Source: an uncultured Terriglobus sp. (GTDB lineage Bacteria > Acidobacteriota > Terriglobia > Terriglobales > Acidobacteriaceae). From it: a DNA stretch of 64,000 nucleotides. Where the stretch lies: the NCBI GenBank assembly GCA_964248165.1, contig CAXTXE010000016.1, forward strand, positions 7,637 to 71,636, given 5' to 3'. Shown here in pieces: positions 16,921-25,520 of this stretch. Both the position numbers and the translations under genes were made by a program. Within the stretch, counting starts at the first letter, position 1. Each line of letters starts with the position of its first letter. Under the pieces are notes generated by a model, which had not been told where the DNA came from, made no database searches, and saw nothing but the letters and a program-made list of their open reading frames with translations.

Positions 16921-17169
16921 CTACTTGATACGAGCAGATAGCTCGTTCATGCGCCCTTCGAGTCCCTTGTCCGTACCGTGGAACATGCGAAGATCTTCGT
17001 CAATGCGTTCGAGCTTGTTCTCCATCTTATCCAACCGCTTATCAACGCCGTCAAATCTACGGTCCACCTCTCCTCTGAACTCAGTGAGCCGAACATTCTG
17101 GTGCATCCAGCCAAGGATGATCAGGAGGCTGGGAATCGCAATGCCGATATAGAACTGCGTATTGGTCAT
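16921..17169 (-). CDS. small membrane-anchored coiled-coil protein
   Basis: From ATG 17169 (GGAG 6 nt upstream): MTNTQFYIGIAIPSLLIILGWM (TM), then heptad-like RLTEFRGEVDRRFDGVDKRLDKMENKLERIDEDLRMF. Paralogous to 17339-17608. Confidence 0.55.
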   Translation of the reverse strand: MTNTQFYIGIAIPSLLIILGWMHQNVRLTEFRGEVDRRFDGVDKRLDKMENKLERIDEDLRMFHGTDKGLEGRMNELSARIK

Positions 17170-17338
17170 GCGCGACTCCAGTTCGTCTAGAATAACAGGG
17201 CCGTCAGCTAGCCTTGATGGCGAGTGGTCGGCAACACCTCGCAGAAATGCGGGATTTCGATGTCCCGAGTAGGTATTTGTGACATCTTGACGCAACAAAG
17301 GCCCTCTCCGTGACCACGCTGATCTGATGGCGCGACGC

Positions 17339-17608
17339 CTACCGGCGCGATATCTCCTCGACGCGACCTTCCAACTTGATGAAGCGCTTCAACTCAGCAT
17401 CCACGCCATCAAGCCACCTGTTGACTTGGTCGAACCGTTCATTTAGCTCGGTGAAGCGCCGGTTCATGTCAGCTTTCAAATCAGCGATCTGACGAGTAGT
17501 GTCTGCCTTCAGGTCTGCAAAGTCGCGGCGATTGAGCCAGATGCCAGCTAGTATCCCAAGGAAGAGCAGGACGACCGGTCCGGTATTCGTGCATGGGTGA
17601 CGCCTCAA
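17339..17608 (-). CDS. small membrane-anchored coiled-coil protein (paralog)
   Basis: GPVVLLFLGILAGIWL (TM), then DFADLKADTTRQIADLKADMNRRFTELNERFDQVNRWLDGVDAELKRF. The only in-frame upstream start is TTG at 17608. Confidence 0.5.
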   Translation of the reverse strand: MRRHPCTNTGPVVLLFLGILAGIWLNRRDFADLKADTTRQIADLKADMNRRFTELNERFDQVNRWLDGVDAELKRFIKLEGRVEEISRR

Positions 17609-17710
17609 GTGCTGCCTAGTATAGCAAGGTCGTTCAGCGTGATTGACTACAGAAGCTCTTTATGCATAGCTGTTCAACTGCTGCTGAGTTGTAGTGCAGG
17701 AACGCGTGCC

Positions 17711-18550
17711 TCACCCGCAGAGCCAGTCAAACGCTCGTCCCAGGTACCCCTTCAACTCTTTGCGTGGCGTGATGGCATCCAGGAAGCCGTGCTGTAGAAG
17801 AAACTCCGAGCGCTGAAATCCTTCAGGGAGTTTTTGCCGGATGGTTTGTTCGATGACCCGGGGTCCGGCGAATCCGATCAGGGCACCGGGTTCGGCGATG
17901 TTGAGGTCGCCCAGCATCGCAAAGCTTGCCGTGACGCCGCCGGTGGTCGGGTCAGTCATCAGGCTGATGTAGGGCACCTTCGCGTCAGAGAGGCGGCCAA
18001 GCGCGGCGGAAACCTTTGCCAGCTGCATCAGGCTGGCGATGCCCTCCATCATGCGCGCTCCGCCGCTGGCCGAGATGATGAGCAGCGGATGCCGCGTGCG
18101 GTGCGCCAGGTCCACGGCGCGGGCGATGGTCTCTCCCACCACCGCGCCCATGGAGCCGCCGATGAAACTGTATTCCATAGCGGAGATGACAATGTCGCGC
18201 ATGCCAAGCTTGCCGGTGGCGTTGACAATGGCGTCGTTGAGGCCGGTCTTGGCCTGCGCCTCACTCAGGCGGCGTTTGTAGGCCTTCAGATCGCAGAAAT
18301 CCAGCGGGTCGGTCGAGCGGAGGTCGAGATCGACCAGATGGTAGCCAGGCTCCAACAGGTTGGCAATGCGGGTGCGGGCATCCATCTTGAAGTGGTAACC
18401 GCAGTGCGGGCAGACCTGCAGGTTGGCTTCCAGTTCGGCGCGAAAGATGGCCTTGCTGCAGTCCGGGCATTTGGCCCACAGCCCTTCGGTGCGCACGGTC
18501 CGTTCCGCGTCACTCACGATCTCATTGTCTTCCCGCTTGAACCAGGCCAC
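17711..18550 (-). CDS. accD: acetyl-CoA carboxylase carboxyltransferase beta subunit
   Basis: MAWFKRE..., Zn finger CPDCSKAIFRAELEANLQVCPHCGYH, and the carboxyltransferase core GGSMGAVVGE...IISASGGARMMEG. Confidence 0.9.
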   Translation of the reverse strand: MAWFKREDNEIVSDAERTVRTEGLWAKCPDCSKAIFRAELEANLQVCPHCGYHFKMDARTRIANLLEPGYHLVDLDLRSTDPLDFCDLKAYKRRLSEAQAKTGLNDAIVNATGKLGMRDIVISAMEYSFIGGSMGAVVGETIARAVDLAHRTRHPLLIISASGGARMMEGIASLMQLAKVSAALGRLSDAKVPYISLMTDPTTGGVTASFAMLGDLNIAEPGALIGFAGPRVIEQTIRQKLPEGFQRSEFLLQHGFLDAITPRKELKGYLGRAFDWLCG

Positions 18551-19047
18551 GGCTAGTAGTGTATCGCCTCGGATTCCGAACGGCGGCGGGCTTGTGGGCG
18601 GATGCCCGGATAGAAGTTATGGCCTGATCGCTCCGGTAGATCCGTGCGGGACCGCAGTTGGAGTTTGCTGACACAAACCTGAAGTGGGAGCGCGGATGCA
18701 GCCGATATCTGGAAAGAGAGCAGGCAGGCAGCAGGATCTGCGATTGGTGCCACGGATTTCCCGATTCGGAACATCTCGAACGTTCCTACCAGGCGAGAAA
18801 CACCGGACGCTCCTTCAGTTTGCCTTTAATGGACACAGTTGAGCCGTGGAGGATGTTTTGACTCAAAATCAGCAGAACGACGGGATGACCTGTTTGGACG
18901 AAAGCAGAGCCGGACGTAAACCATGGAAAAAGCCTTCGGTGCAGACCCAACGGCTTTCAGAGGCGCAGAACGGAAACATAACTCCATCCGCAGATGGAAT
19001 GAACAGCTTCTCCTAAGCGCTTTGACCCGCTCTAGAACGAGGCGGTA

Positions 19048-20937
19048 ATGCAGCAGCAGCGTGAGGGAGCTTGGATCTCCGGACAGGTGTGTTCGACGAT
19101 CGAAGGCCCGGGACGTCCCAGTGGTGGCGGTCCAGCAGCATTGGCCTGTCTCCATTGGGTGTCCGGTCACTTCAGCCTTCACGGTTCTGGAGCCGTGTTC
19201 CACGAGGCTGGCTGCGGCGCACTGCTGACCGGGTCCATCCTGAACACGACCGATCTGGCGCGTGAGCTGGGCATTGCTTACGGAGATTGCATCAATCATG
19301 CCGGCGTAGCGCTCCGGGCGTTCAGACGTTGGAATGACCGGTTTGCGGAGCATCTGCACGGCGAGTTTGCGTGCGTGCTGTGGGATAGTGCCGCCGCACG
19401 CGTACTGCTTGCGCGCGATCTTTCCGGCTTCTATCCCCTCTACTACCGGAAGAGTGGTGCTGGTCTCCAGTTTGCGAGCGATCTGCGTGAACTTCTCCAG
19501 CACAGCCCGCCGCAGATCAACGAGCAGCATGTAGCCCGCTGGCTTGCCCTGGGACCTGCGGCCCCAGGCGATACCTTCTTCCAGGAGGCCTACGCGGTGC
19601 CTCCCGGGTCGGTGATGGCCTATGAGGCAGGCAACTTGCGCCAGGTTGCGCGCTGGCAGCCTGAGCAGATTGAACCGCTCCACCTGCGCGACACGCGGGA
19701 GTACGCGGCGAGACTCACCGCTGTGCTGGAGACCGCAGTCAGCGAACGCAGCGCAGCCATGCCGGCCAGTGGCACCCTGCTGAGCGGTGGTCTGGACAGC
19801 TCCGCCATCACGGCGCTGGCCGCGAGAGCCATGCAAGGGGCACCGCTGACAGCCTTCACGGCGGTTCCTTCCGTGGCGGCGGGTGAAGCCATGGGCCGCT
19901 TTTCTGACGAGCGCTCACGAGCCGCTGCCGTGGCCGGGATGTACCCCAACGTGCAGCATGTCCTTGTACCCCATGGCAGGCACGGCACCTTCGCCATGAT
20001 CGACCAGTTCAGTTCGGCGGAGCTGCAACCCATTTTCAATCCCGCAAACTACGACTGGCTGTATGAGACAAGCCTGCAAGCGGCCGCCTGCGGGCTGACG
20101 CATCTCCACATGGCGCTCGCTGGGAACCTGACAGTCAGCTACAACGGAGGACGCGCGCTCGGCAGCCTGATACGGAGCGGGTATCTGATGCGGACGTCAC
20201 GGCTTGCCCTGCAACTGCGCCGCCGGGGCGGGTACCGCTGGCGTGGGCTCCTGTTCCACTTTCTGCGTCCGGTGCTGCCCAGCTATGCTTGCCGCTGGAT
20301 GGACGCGGCACGCGGCGCGCCGTCTGACGTGCACGCGTACTCGTTGATCAATCGCCGGTTCTCGCAGGCTGGCGGCTTCACGTCATCACCCCGCGAAGTT
20401 CACGGAGGAGACAGCATCACGGCGCGAATCGCTGACCTGCGAAGAATCGATCCCGGCGCGGCGATCGAGGGTTTGCGGACGCAAACCGGCATCTCCGCCA
20501 CGGACGCCACGATGGACCGGCGCGTGGTGGAGTTCTGTTTGTCCGTACCCGAGGAAGTTTTCTGCCTCCATGGTGTTCCGCGCGCATTGATTCGAACGGC
20601 GATGCAGGGCATGTTGCCAGAGGCCGTACGCTGTGAACATCGCCGCGGCCTGCAAGCTGCCGACTTTGGGCTCCACTTCCAAGGGGAGGTGCACGAGGCG
20701 CTCGCCGAAGTCGAACGCCTGCGGTCCGTTCCGATGGCGGCGCGGATGCTGGATCTTCCGGCCATGCAGGTCATGCTCCATGATGCACACCGGCAGAGAG
20801 GGGCGCAGAGTCAAATGCTTTTTTGGCCAAAGTTGATGCGCGCGCTGTCGCTGGGCCGGTTTCTGCGGAGGGTGGAAGACGGCACCATCCTGACCTGCGA
20901 CGCCTCAGGCACGTCGCGGATGCATGGTCCGTTCTGA
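19048..20937 (+). CDS. asparagine-synthetase-like ATP-dependent amidotransferase/cyclase homolog lacking the N-terminal Cys nucleophile
   Basis: PP-loop LLSGGLDSSAITALAARA at about residue 250. AsnB-like N-domain (EFACVLWDSAAARVLLARDLSGFYPLYY), but the N-terminus is MQQQREGAW with no Met-Cys. Confidence 0.8.
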   Translation: MQQQREGAWISGQVCSTIEGPGRPSGGGPAALACLHWVSGHFSLHGSGAVFHEAGCGALLTGSILNTTDLARELGIAYGDCINHAGVALRAFRRWNDRFAEHLHGEFACVLWDSAAARVLLARDLSGFYPLYYRKSGAGLQFASDLRELLQHSPPQINEQHVARWLALGPAAPGDTFFQEAYAVPPGSVMAYEAGNLRQVARWQPEQIEPLHLRDTREYAARLTAVLETAVSERSAAMPASGTLLSGGLDSSAITALAARAMQGAPLTAFTAVPSVAAGEAMGRFSDERSRAAAVAGMYPNVQHVLVPHGRHGTFAMIDQFSSAELQPIFNPANYDWLYETSLQAAACGLTHLHMALAGNLTVSYNGGRALGSLIRSGYLMRTSRLALQLRRRGGYRWRGLLFHFLRPVLPSYACRWMDAARGAPSDVHAYSLINRRFSQAGGFTSSPREVHGGDSITARIADLRRIDPGAAIEGLRTQTGISATDATMDRRVVEFCLSVPEEVFCLHGVPRALIRTAMQGMLPEAVRCEHRRGLQAADFGLHFQGEVHEALAEVERLRSVPMAARMLDLPAMQVMLHDAHRQRGAQSQMLFWPKLMRALSLGRFLRRVEDGTILTCDASGTSRMHGPF

Positions 20938-20950
20938 TACTGTCTGTGCC

Positions 20951-21727
20951 ATGAAGAATGGCGTGGTGAGGCGTTGCGGGTTCCTGTTTGCGTTGTTGTG
21001 CTCACTCTTTTGCCTCAAGGCACAGACAAGCGCGCCGGTGGTGCCGGATTGGGCCCTGCCTGGGTCTGCAACACACAAGCAGGTACCGCCGCCCGCTGGC
21101 TTTCACCGGCCCGCACGCACGGTCGATGCGCCGCTGGGCATCTTTGACGGGCAGACCGACGTGGGTGGGGCGCTGGTCGAGGGCAGTTCGGCCTACGATG
21201 CGGCCTCAGGGCAGTACACCATCCGGTCGGCCGGATACAACATCTGGTACAACCGCGACGAGTTCCGCTTCCTATGGAAGAAGATGCACGGCGATGTGTC
21301 CGTGGCGGCCGATGTCTCGTTCCCCGGAGCGGGCGAGGTGGGCGATCGCAAGGTAGTGCTCGTGATCCGGCAAAGCCTGGACGACGACGCCAAAGAAGCT
21401 GTGGTGGCCGAACATGGCACCGGCATGGTGCACCTGGCCGAGCGCGATGAACGCGACGCCAACATGCATGACATGCAGTTCCGCTTTGGCGGATCGCTGG
21501 CGAAGACGCTGCCCCGGCGGATCGGCATTGAGAAGCGGGGTGACGCGATCACGCTCTACGCCAGCCTGGAGGGCGAACCCATGCATCCGCTGGGACCGCC
21601 CATCCATCTGCACTTCGATGCGCCATTCTATGTGGGCATCGGCTTCTGCCCGCACCTGGCCACGACACTGGATAGCGGCGTGTTTTCCAACGTGTTGCTG
21701 GAAGACTCCGCCGGCAAGATGCGGTGA
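20951..21727 (+). CDS. secreted hypothetical protein, possibly a ConA-like beta-sandwich
   Basis: Signal peptide MKNGVVRRCGFLFALLCSLFCLKAQ. The fold assignment is only an impression from the beta-rich sequence (YTIRSAGYNIWYNRDEFRFLWKKMHGDVSVAADVSF). Confidence 0.55.
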   Translation: MKNGVVRRCGFLFALLCSLFCLKAQTSAPVVPDWALPGSATHKQVPPPAGFHRPARTVDAPLGIFDGQTDVGGALVEGSSAYDAASGQYTIRSAGYNIWYNRDEFRFLWKKMHGDVSVAADVSFPGAGEVGDRKVVLVIRQSLDDDAKEAVVAEHGTGMVHLAERDERDANMHDMQFRFGGSLAKTLPRRIGIEKRGDAITLYASLEGEPMHPLGPPIHLHFDAPFYVGIGFCPHLATTLDSGVFSNVLLEDSAGKMR

Positions 21728-21751
21728 CGCGACCGGCAAAACTTCTAAGTC

Positions 21752-22261
21752 TTATTTCTCCCGCGCGAGCCTCGCAATAGCCGCGGCGAATTTATCAAGT
21801 ATCTGGTTCCAACCCTCTACTTGTCCGCTATTCTTTGCGCTCTCCATGGGTTCATTTCCAATAAAGGTGAGTTTCGTCTGGCCGTTTCCAATGTCCTCAA
21901 AGAGAGTTATGTCGTATGCATTTTCTACCGCCTCATGTTCTATTCCATAGTGGGCAGCCTCGACCTTGTTTCCCTCACTGTCGGAAAAGTACATGGAGGA
22001 AACGATTTTCTCGTGGGGAACAATCTCGTGGTACTCACCGCCATTCCAGAACTCCTGCCCGTCAGGCGATCTCATGCAGCATAGAAGTTTTCCTCCGACG
22101 CGAAAATCCATCGTGCAAAAAGGTGCGGTAAAACCCTTTGGCCCCCACCACTGCATCACGTAGTGCGGGTCTGTCCACGCCTTCCAAACCAGTTCGCGCG
22201 GGGCGTCGAAAACCCTTGTAATAGTCATCCGCTCTGTCTCGTCAACCGTGTTGTTTACCAT
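21752..22261 (-). CDS. SRPBCC/AHSA1-family protein
   Basis: ITRVFDAPRELVWKAWTDPHYVMQWWGPKGFTAPFCTMDFRVGGKLLCCMRSPDGQEFWNGGEYHEIVPHEKIV. The start may be the internal MTITRVF at 22228. Confidence 0.8.
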   Translation of the reverse strand: MVNNTVDETERMTITRVFDAPRELVWKAWTDPHYVMQWWGPKGFTAPFCTMDFRVGGKLLCCMRSPDGQEFWNGGEYHEIVPHEKIVSSMYFSDSEGNKVEAAHYGIEHEAVENAYDITLFEDIGNGQTKLTFIGNEPMESAKNSGQVEGWNQILDKFAAAIARLAREK

Positions 22262-22595
22262 TTCTTGCCTCCGTGTTTTTTAGTTCGTTCACCACAACAT
22301 CCAGCTTGTCGAACCTCTCTTCCCAGAACCGGCGATAGTTTTTGGCCCAGTCGCTGACTGTCTTTATCGCCTCTGGCCGAAGCGTGCACACACTCTCTCG
22401 TCCACGCTTTTTCTTAAAAACAATGCGCGCACGCACAAGGCAGGCAATATGTTTTGAAATCATCTGCTGCGAGAGCGCAAACGGTTCTGTCAATCCATGC
22501 ACAGAGGCCGGCCCATGTGAGAGCCGCTCGATCATCGCCCGCCGGGTGGGGTCGGACAGAGCCGCGAATGTTGTACCCAATTTATCCACAACCAT
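22242..22595 (-). CDS. ArsR/SmtB-family transcriptional regulator
   Basis: FAALSDPTRRAMIERLSHGPASVHGLTEPFALSQQMISKHIACLVRARIVFKKKRGRE is a winged HTH. It sits immediately upstream of the SRPBCC gene, a common pairing. Confidence 0.85.
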   Translation of the reverse strand: MVVDKLGTTFAALSDPTRRAMIERLSHGPASVHGLTEPFALSQQMISKHIACLVRARIVFKKKRGRESVCTLRPEAIKTVSDWAKNYRRFWEERFDKLDVVVNELKNTEARNGKQHG

Positions 22596-22791
22596 ACGGT
22601 AGTGGATAGGCGGCGGCTAAGTCAAGTATGTAAATAAGAAAAGTGTGGGAAGCCATGAAGCCGGCTCCCCAAACTCTCTGGAAATCACTTTCGGGATTCC
22701 CGCATTTTCATGGTCTGGAGGACCTAACGGATGTCAGGTCCACAACGTAACGGATGTCGCGGTACATTCAGAAGCGCCGCCGGCACACAAA

Positions 22792-23715
22792 CTACCAGTG
22801 GTTGCCCGGCGTGTTCAGCCATGTAAACAGGTCATTGACCTCCTGCGTGAAGTACGGCCCGTACTCAAACTGATCGCCGTCCGTCACGTGGAAGCTTTGC
22901 AGACCGTTTGCATGCGCACCCGGAGCCGCCTCGTTGCCCCACACCGTGATCCACGGGCCGCCGCTGCTGCCGTGCTCCATGTTGTCGCCATTCAGCCCGA
23001 TCACACCGCCGCTGTTGGACTTCATGGTGCCGGAGGCCTCTTCCATGGTGTTGCCGTTAAAGGGCGGATTCGGCGTTGCGGGATATCCGACGGCAGTCCA
23101 TGTGCGCCCGTTGGTGGGCGCGTTCCACAACAGGCCCAGCCATCCGATCGTGTTTCCTGGCGTGGTTGGCATCCACACCATGCCATAGTCATGAGGACGG
23201 TCGGCATTGTTGATCCACGACTGCCTGCATGAAAGCCTGCCGCAAGCCACATGGTTCATGGGGTCCGTTGCTGCCCGGCTGCCAGACGATGGATAGAAAA
23301 CCATGTTAGTTGACCATTGCTTGCTGCCGTACACGCAGTGCCCGGCCGTTAGCAGAACGTTGGGCGAAACCATGGCTGCCGACCCTGAATAACTGCCGCC
23401 CGCCTGGTTAAAGTAGATCTTGCCAACTGTACGAAAGGGATACGCCAGCGGATTTGGCACGCCAAACGCCGCTTCTGCCTTCTTGCCAGGTGCCGGATGC
23501 GGCTCCGATCCCTGCCCGTGGGGTGTGCTTGCCGCCTTTCCTTCAGGTGCCTCCGCCGCCTGCGAGGTCTGCTTTGGTGGTTTGTCCGTGGGCAGCGGAT
23601 ACGGCTTTGCCGCGGCGCGCCGCTCCTCAGTCCAGTACTCTGCGAGTGCCTTTAACTCCTGGGTGTGATGCTCCTTTGGAGAGCCAGCCGTTCCGTTCGG
23701 TGTTTCTTGTGCCAT
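22792..23715 (-). CDS. trypsin-like (S1, V8/Glu-endopeptidase-like) serine peptidase
   Basis: His motif VLLTAGHCVY and Ser motif MEHGSSGGPW. A ~95-aa low-complexity Pro/Ala/Lys-rich N-terminal region has no obvious signal peptide. Confidence 0.8.
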   Translation of the reverse strand: MAQETPNGTAGSPKEHHTQELKALAEYWTEERRAAAKPYPLPTDKPPKQTSQAAEAPEGKAASTPHGQGSEPHPAPGKKAEAAFGVPNPLAYPFRTVGKIYFNQAGGSYSGSAAMVSPNVLLTAGHCVYGSKQWSTNMVFYPSSGSRAATDPMNHVACGRLSCRQSWINNADRPHDYGMVWMPTTPGNTIGWLGLLWNAPTNGRTWTAVGYPATPNPPFNGNTMEEASGTMKSNSGGVIGLNGDNMEHGSSGGPWITVWGNEAAPGAHANGLQSFHVTDGDQFEYGPYFTQEVNDLFTWLNTPGNHW

Positions 23716-23978
23716 TGTGTAACTCCCTTAGTGCGAATTGGGGCCAGATTCAGAGCCGTGCCTGGGCGTCTTCTCGACCGCGCACGACGTTACGCCCAAC
23801 CGGAAACTTTCGCAACATAAAAAGTTGTTGAAGACACGCTGCACGGGACACCATGAAGATATGCACCGGGGGCTGTGCTGCGTGCCGCCGGCAACTGCTC
23901 CAACGCACGCATGATCGGCCCAGCCTGGAACCGGCATCAAGCGCCCGGCGTATGGTACTGGCAGGGAGTACGCGCACC

Positions 23979-24740
23979 ATGCAATCACGCATCCACGGAA
24001 CCACCATGCCGGCGATCGAGTTTCTACTTCAGCCCGGCGAAACCGTCATCTCCGAGGCCGGCGAACTGAGCTGGATGTCCGCCTCCATCGCCATGCACAC
24101 GCATACCCAGGCCGCGGGCGGCGGCGGTTTCATGGGCATCGTCAAGCGCGTCGCCGGTGGCGGCACCCTGTTCATGACGGAGTACACCGCGCAGGGCTAC
24201 CCCGGGGAAATCGCCTTCGCCACAAAGGTGCCCGGCCACATCGTGCCGCTGGAGCTGCATGGCACGGAGCAGTACATGGTGCACCGCCACGGGTTCCTGT
24301 GCGCTACTCCGAACGTGGCGCTCGGGGTTGGCTTCCAGCAATCGCTTGGCGCGGGAATCTTCGGCGGAGACGGCTTTCTGCTGCAAAAACTCTACGGGCA
24401 AGGCACCGCATGGCTCGAACTCTCGGGCGAAGTCGTCGTCCGCGACCTGGCTCCCGGTGAAACGCTGCGCGTCCATCCTGGGCATGTTGGGGCCTTCGCC
24501 GGATCAGTCAGCTTCCAGATCACACGCGTCCCCGGCATTCGCAACCTCTTCTTCGGTGGCGATGGCATCTTTCTTGCCGCGCTTACCGGCCCCGGACGCA
24601 TCTGGCTGCAAACACTGCCCATCAGCAACCTGGCCCACAAGCTGCAGGAATACCTGCCCGGCCCCGACCGCGAAACCCGCGCAGGGCTGGGTGCGGGCCT
24701 GGTGGGCGGTGCCATCGCGTCCATGTTCGACAACGGATAA
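23979..24740 (+). CDS. AIM24/TIGR00266 (DUF124) family protein
   Basis: MQSRIHGTTMPAIEFLLQPGETVISEAGELSWMS...GGGTLFMTEYTAQG...GGDGFLLQKLYGQGTAWLELSGEV...PGETLRVHPGHVGAF. Start at ATG 23979, with GGGAG about 10 nt upstream. Confidence 0.8.
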   Translation: MQSRIHGTTMPAIEFLLQPGETVISEAGELSWMSASIAMHTHTQAAGGGGFMGIVKRVAGGGTLFMTEYTAQGYPGEIAFATKVPGHIVPLELHGTEQYMVHRHGFLCATPNVALGVGFQQSLGAGIFGGDGFLLQKLYGQGTAWLELSGEVVVRDLAPGETLRVHPGHVGAFAGSVSFQITRVPGIRNLFFGGDGIFLAALTGPGRIWLQTLPISNLAHKLQEYLPGPDRETRAGLGAGLVGGAIASMFDNG

Positions 24741-24774
24741 CCGCTCTTCGGAGGCAATCCGGCACAAGCAACGT

Positions 24775-24841
24775 CAGCGTCCTTAGCGTTTAACCCTTCA
24801 GCGTCCTTAGCATTTAACCTTCGCGTCCTTAGCGTTCCATT
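24775..24841. repeat. three tandem copies of a 23-24-nt unit upstream of nadD
   Basis: CAGCGTCCTTAGCGTTTAACCCTT / CAGCGTCCTTAGCATTTAACCTT / CGCGTCCTTAGCGTTCCATT, read directly from the sequence. Confidence 0.8.
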
Positions 24842-24908
24842 ATTCTTCAGCGGCAGAGACCATCAAAAGACGGCACAGACCAGTCGAAACACGCGATACT
24901 GAACATCC

Positions 24909-25514
24909 ATGCGCATCGCCTACTTTGGCGGCACCTTTGACCCGCCGCATCGCGCCCACCTCCACGCGGCCCAGGCGGCAGCGGACGCCTTCGCGCTTGA
25001 TCGCGTTCTTCTGACGCCAACCGGCGTTCAGCCGCTCAAGTCCGCCGCTCCTCAGGCAAGCTACGCGGACCGCCTGGCCATGGTGCGGCTGCTATGCGCC
25101 GGAGACCCGCGCCTGCAGGCATCTGAGATTGATCCGCCGCGCGCGGACGGCACGCCCAATTACGCGGTGGATGCACTCACCAAGCTGCGCACGGAATATG
25201 CGGATGCCGATCTTTTCGCACTCGCCGGGGCGGACAGCTTCCTCTCGCTGCCGCGCTGGCGCGAGCCCGGCAAGCTGCTCGACCTGGCGGAGTGGATCGT
25301 TGTCTCGCGCCCTGGCTTTTCGCTTGACGACCTTTCCCCGCTTTACCTGACGCCACAGCAGCAGAGCCGCGTCCACTTCCTGACCAGCCTCCACGAGCAT
25401 GTCTCCGCGACCGGAATTCGCGAACGCCTCCGCATCGGCGTCTCCTGCGGAGACATGCTTCCGCCCGCGGTCGCGCTCTATATCGCCCGGATGCACCTCT
25501 ACCATGCCCGCTGA
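24909..25514 (+). CDS. nadD: nicotinate-nucleotide adenylyltransferase
   Basis: MRIAYFGGTFDPPHRAHL (HxGH-type motif) and C-terminal ISATGIRERL. Confidence 0.9.
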   Translation: MRIAYFGGTFDPPHRAHLHAAQAAADAFALDRVLLTPTGVQPLKSAAPQASYADRLAMVRLLCAGDPRLQASEIDPPRADGTPNYAVDALTKLRTEYADADLFALAGADSFLSLPRWREPGKLLDLAEWIVVSRPGFSLDDLSPLYLTPQQQSRVHFLTSLHEHVSATGIRERLRIGVSCGDMLPPAVALYIARMHLYHAR

Positions 25515-25520
25515 CGGTTT

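Noticed and set aside
18923-19047. 41-codon ORF (MEKAFGADPTAFRGAERKHNSIRRWNEQLLLSALTRSRTRR) whose stop abuts the ATG of the AsnB-like gene
   Set aside because: It is attractive positionally as a precursor peptide. However, it has no Gly/Ser/Ala...Asp/Glu ring-forming core, its tail is Arg-rich, and it overlaps the other candidate ORF in a different frame. Nothing supports it beyond adjacency.
18551-21727. A complete canonical lasso-peptide gene cluster
   Set aside because: Only the C-type (AsnB-like) enzyme is present. No transglutaminase-like B peptidase, no PqqD-like RRE and no ABC exporter lie within several kb. The idea is therefore kept only as a low-confidence hypothesis in the findings.
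24775-24841. Mini CRISPR array
   Set aside because: The repeats are contiguous with no spacers. There are only three units, they are not palindromic, and no cas genes are in the window.
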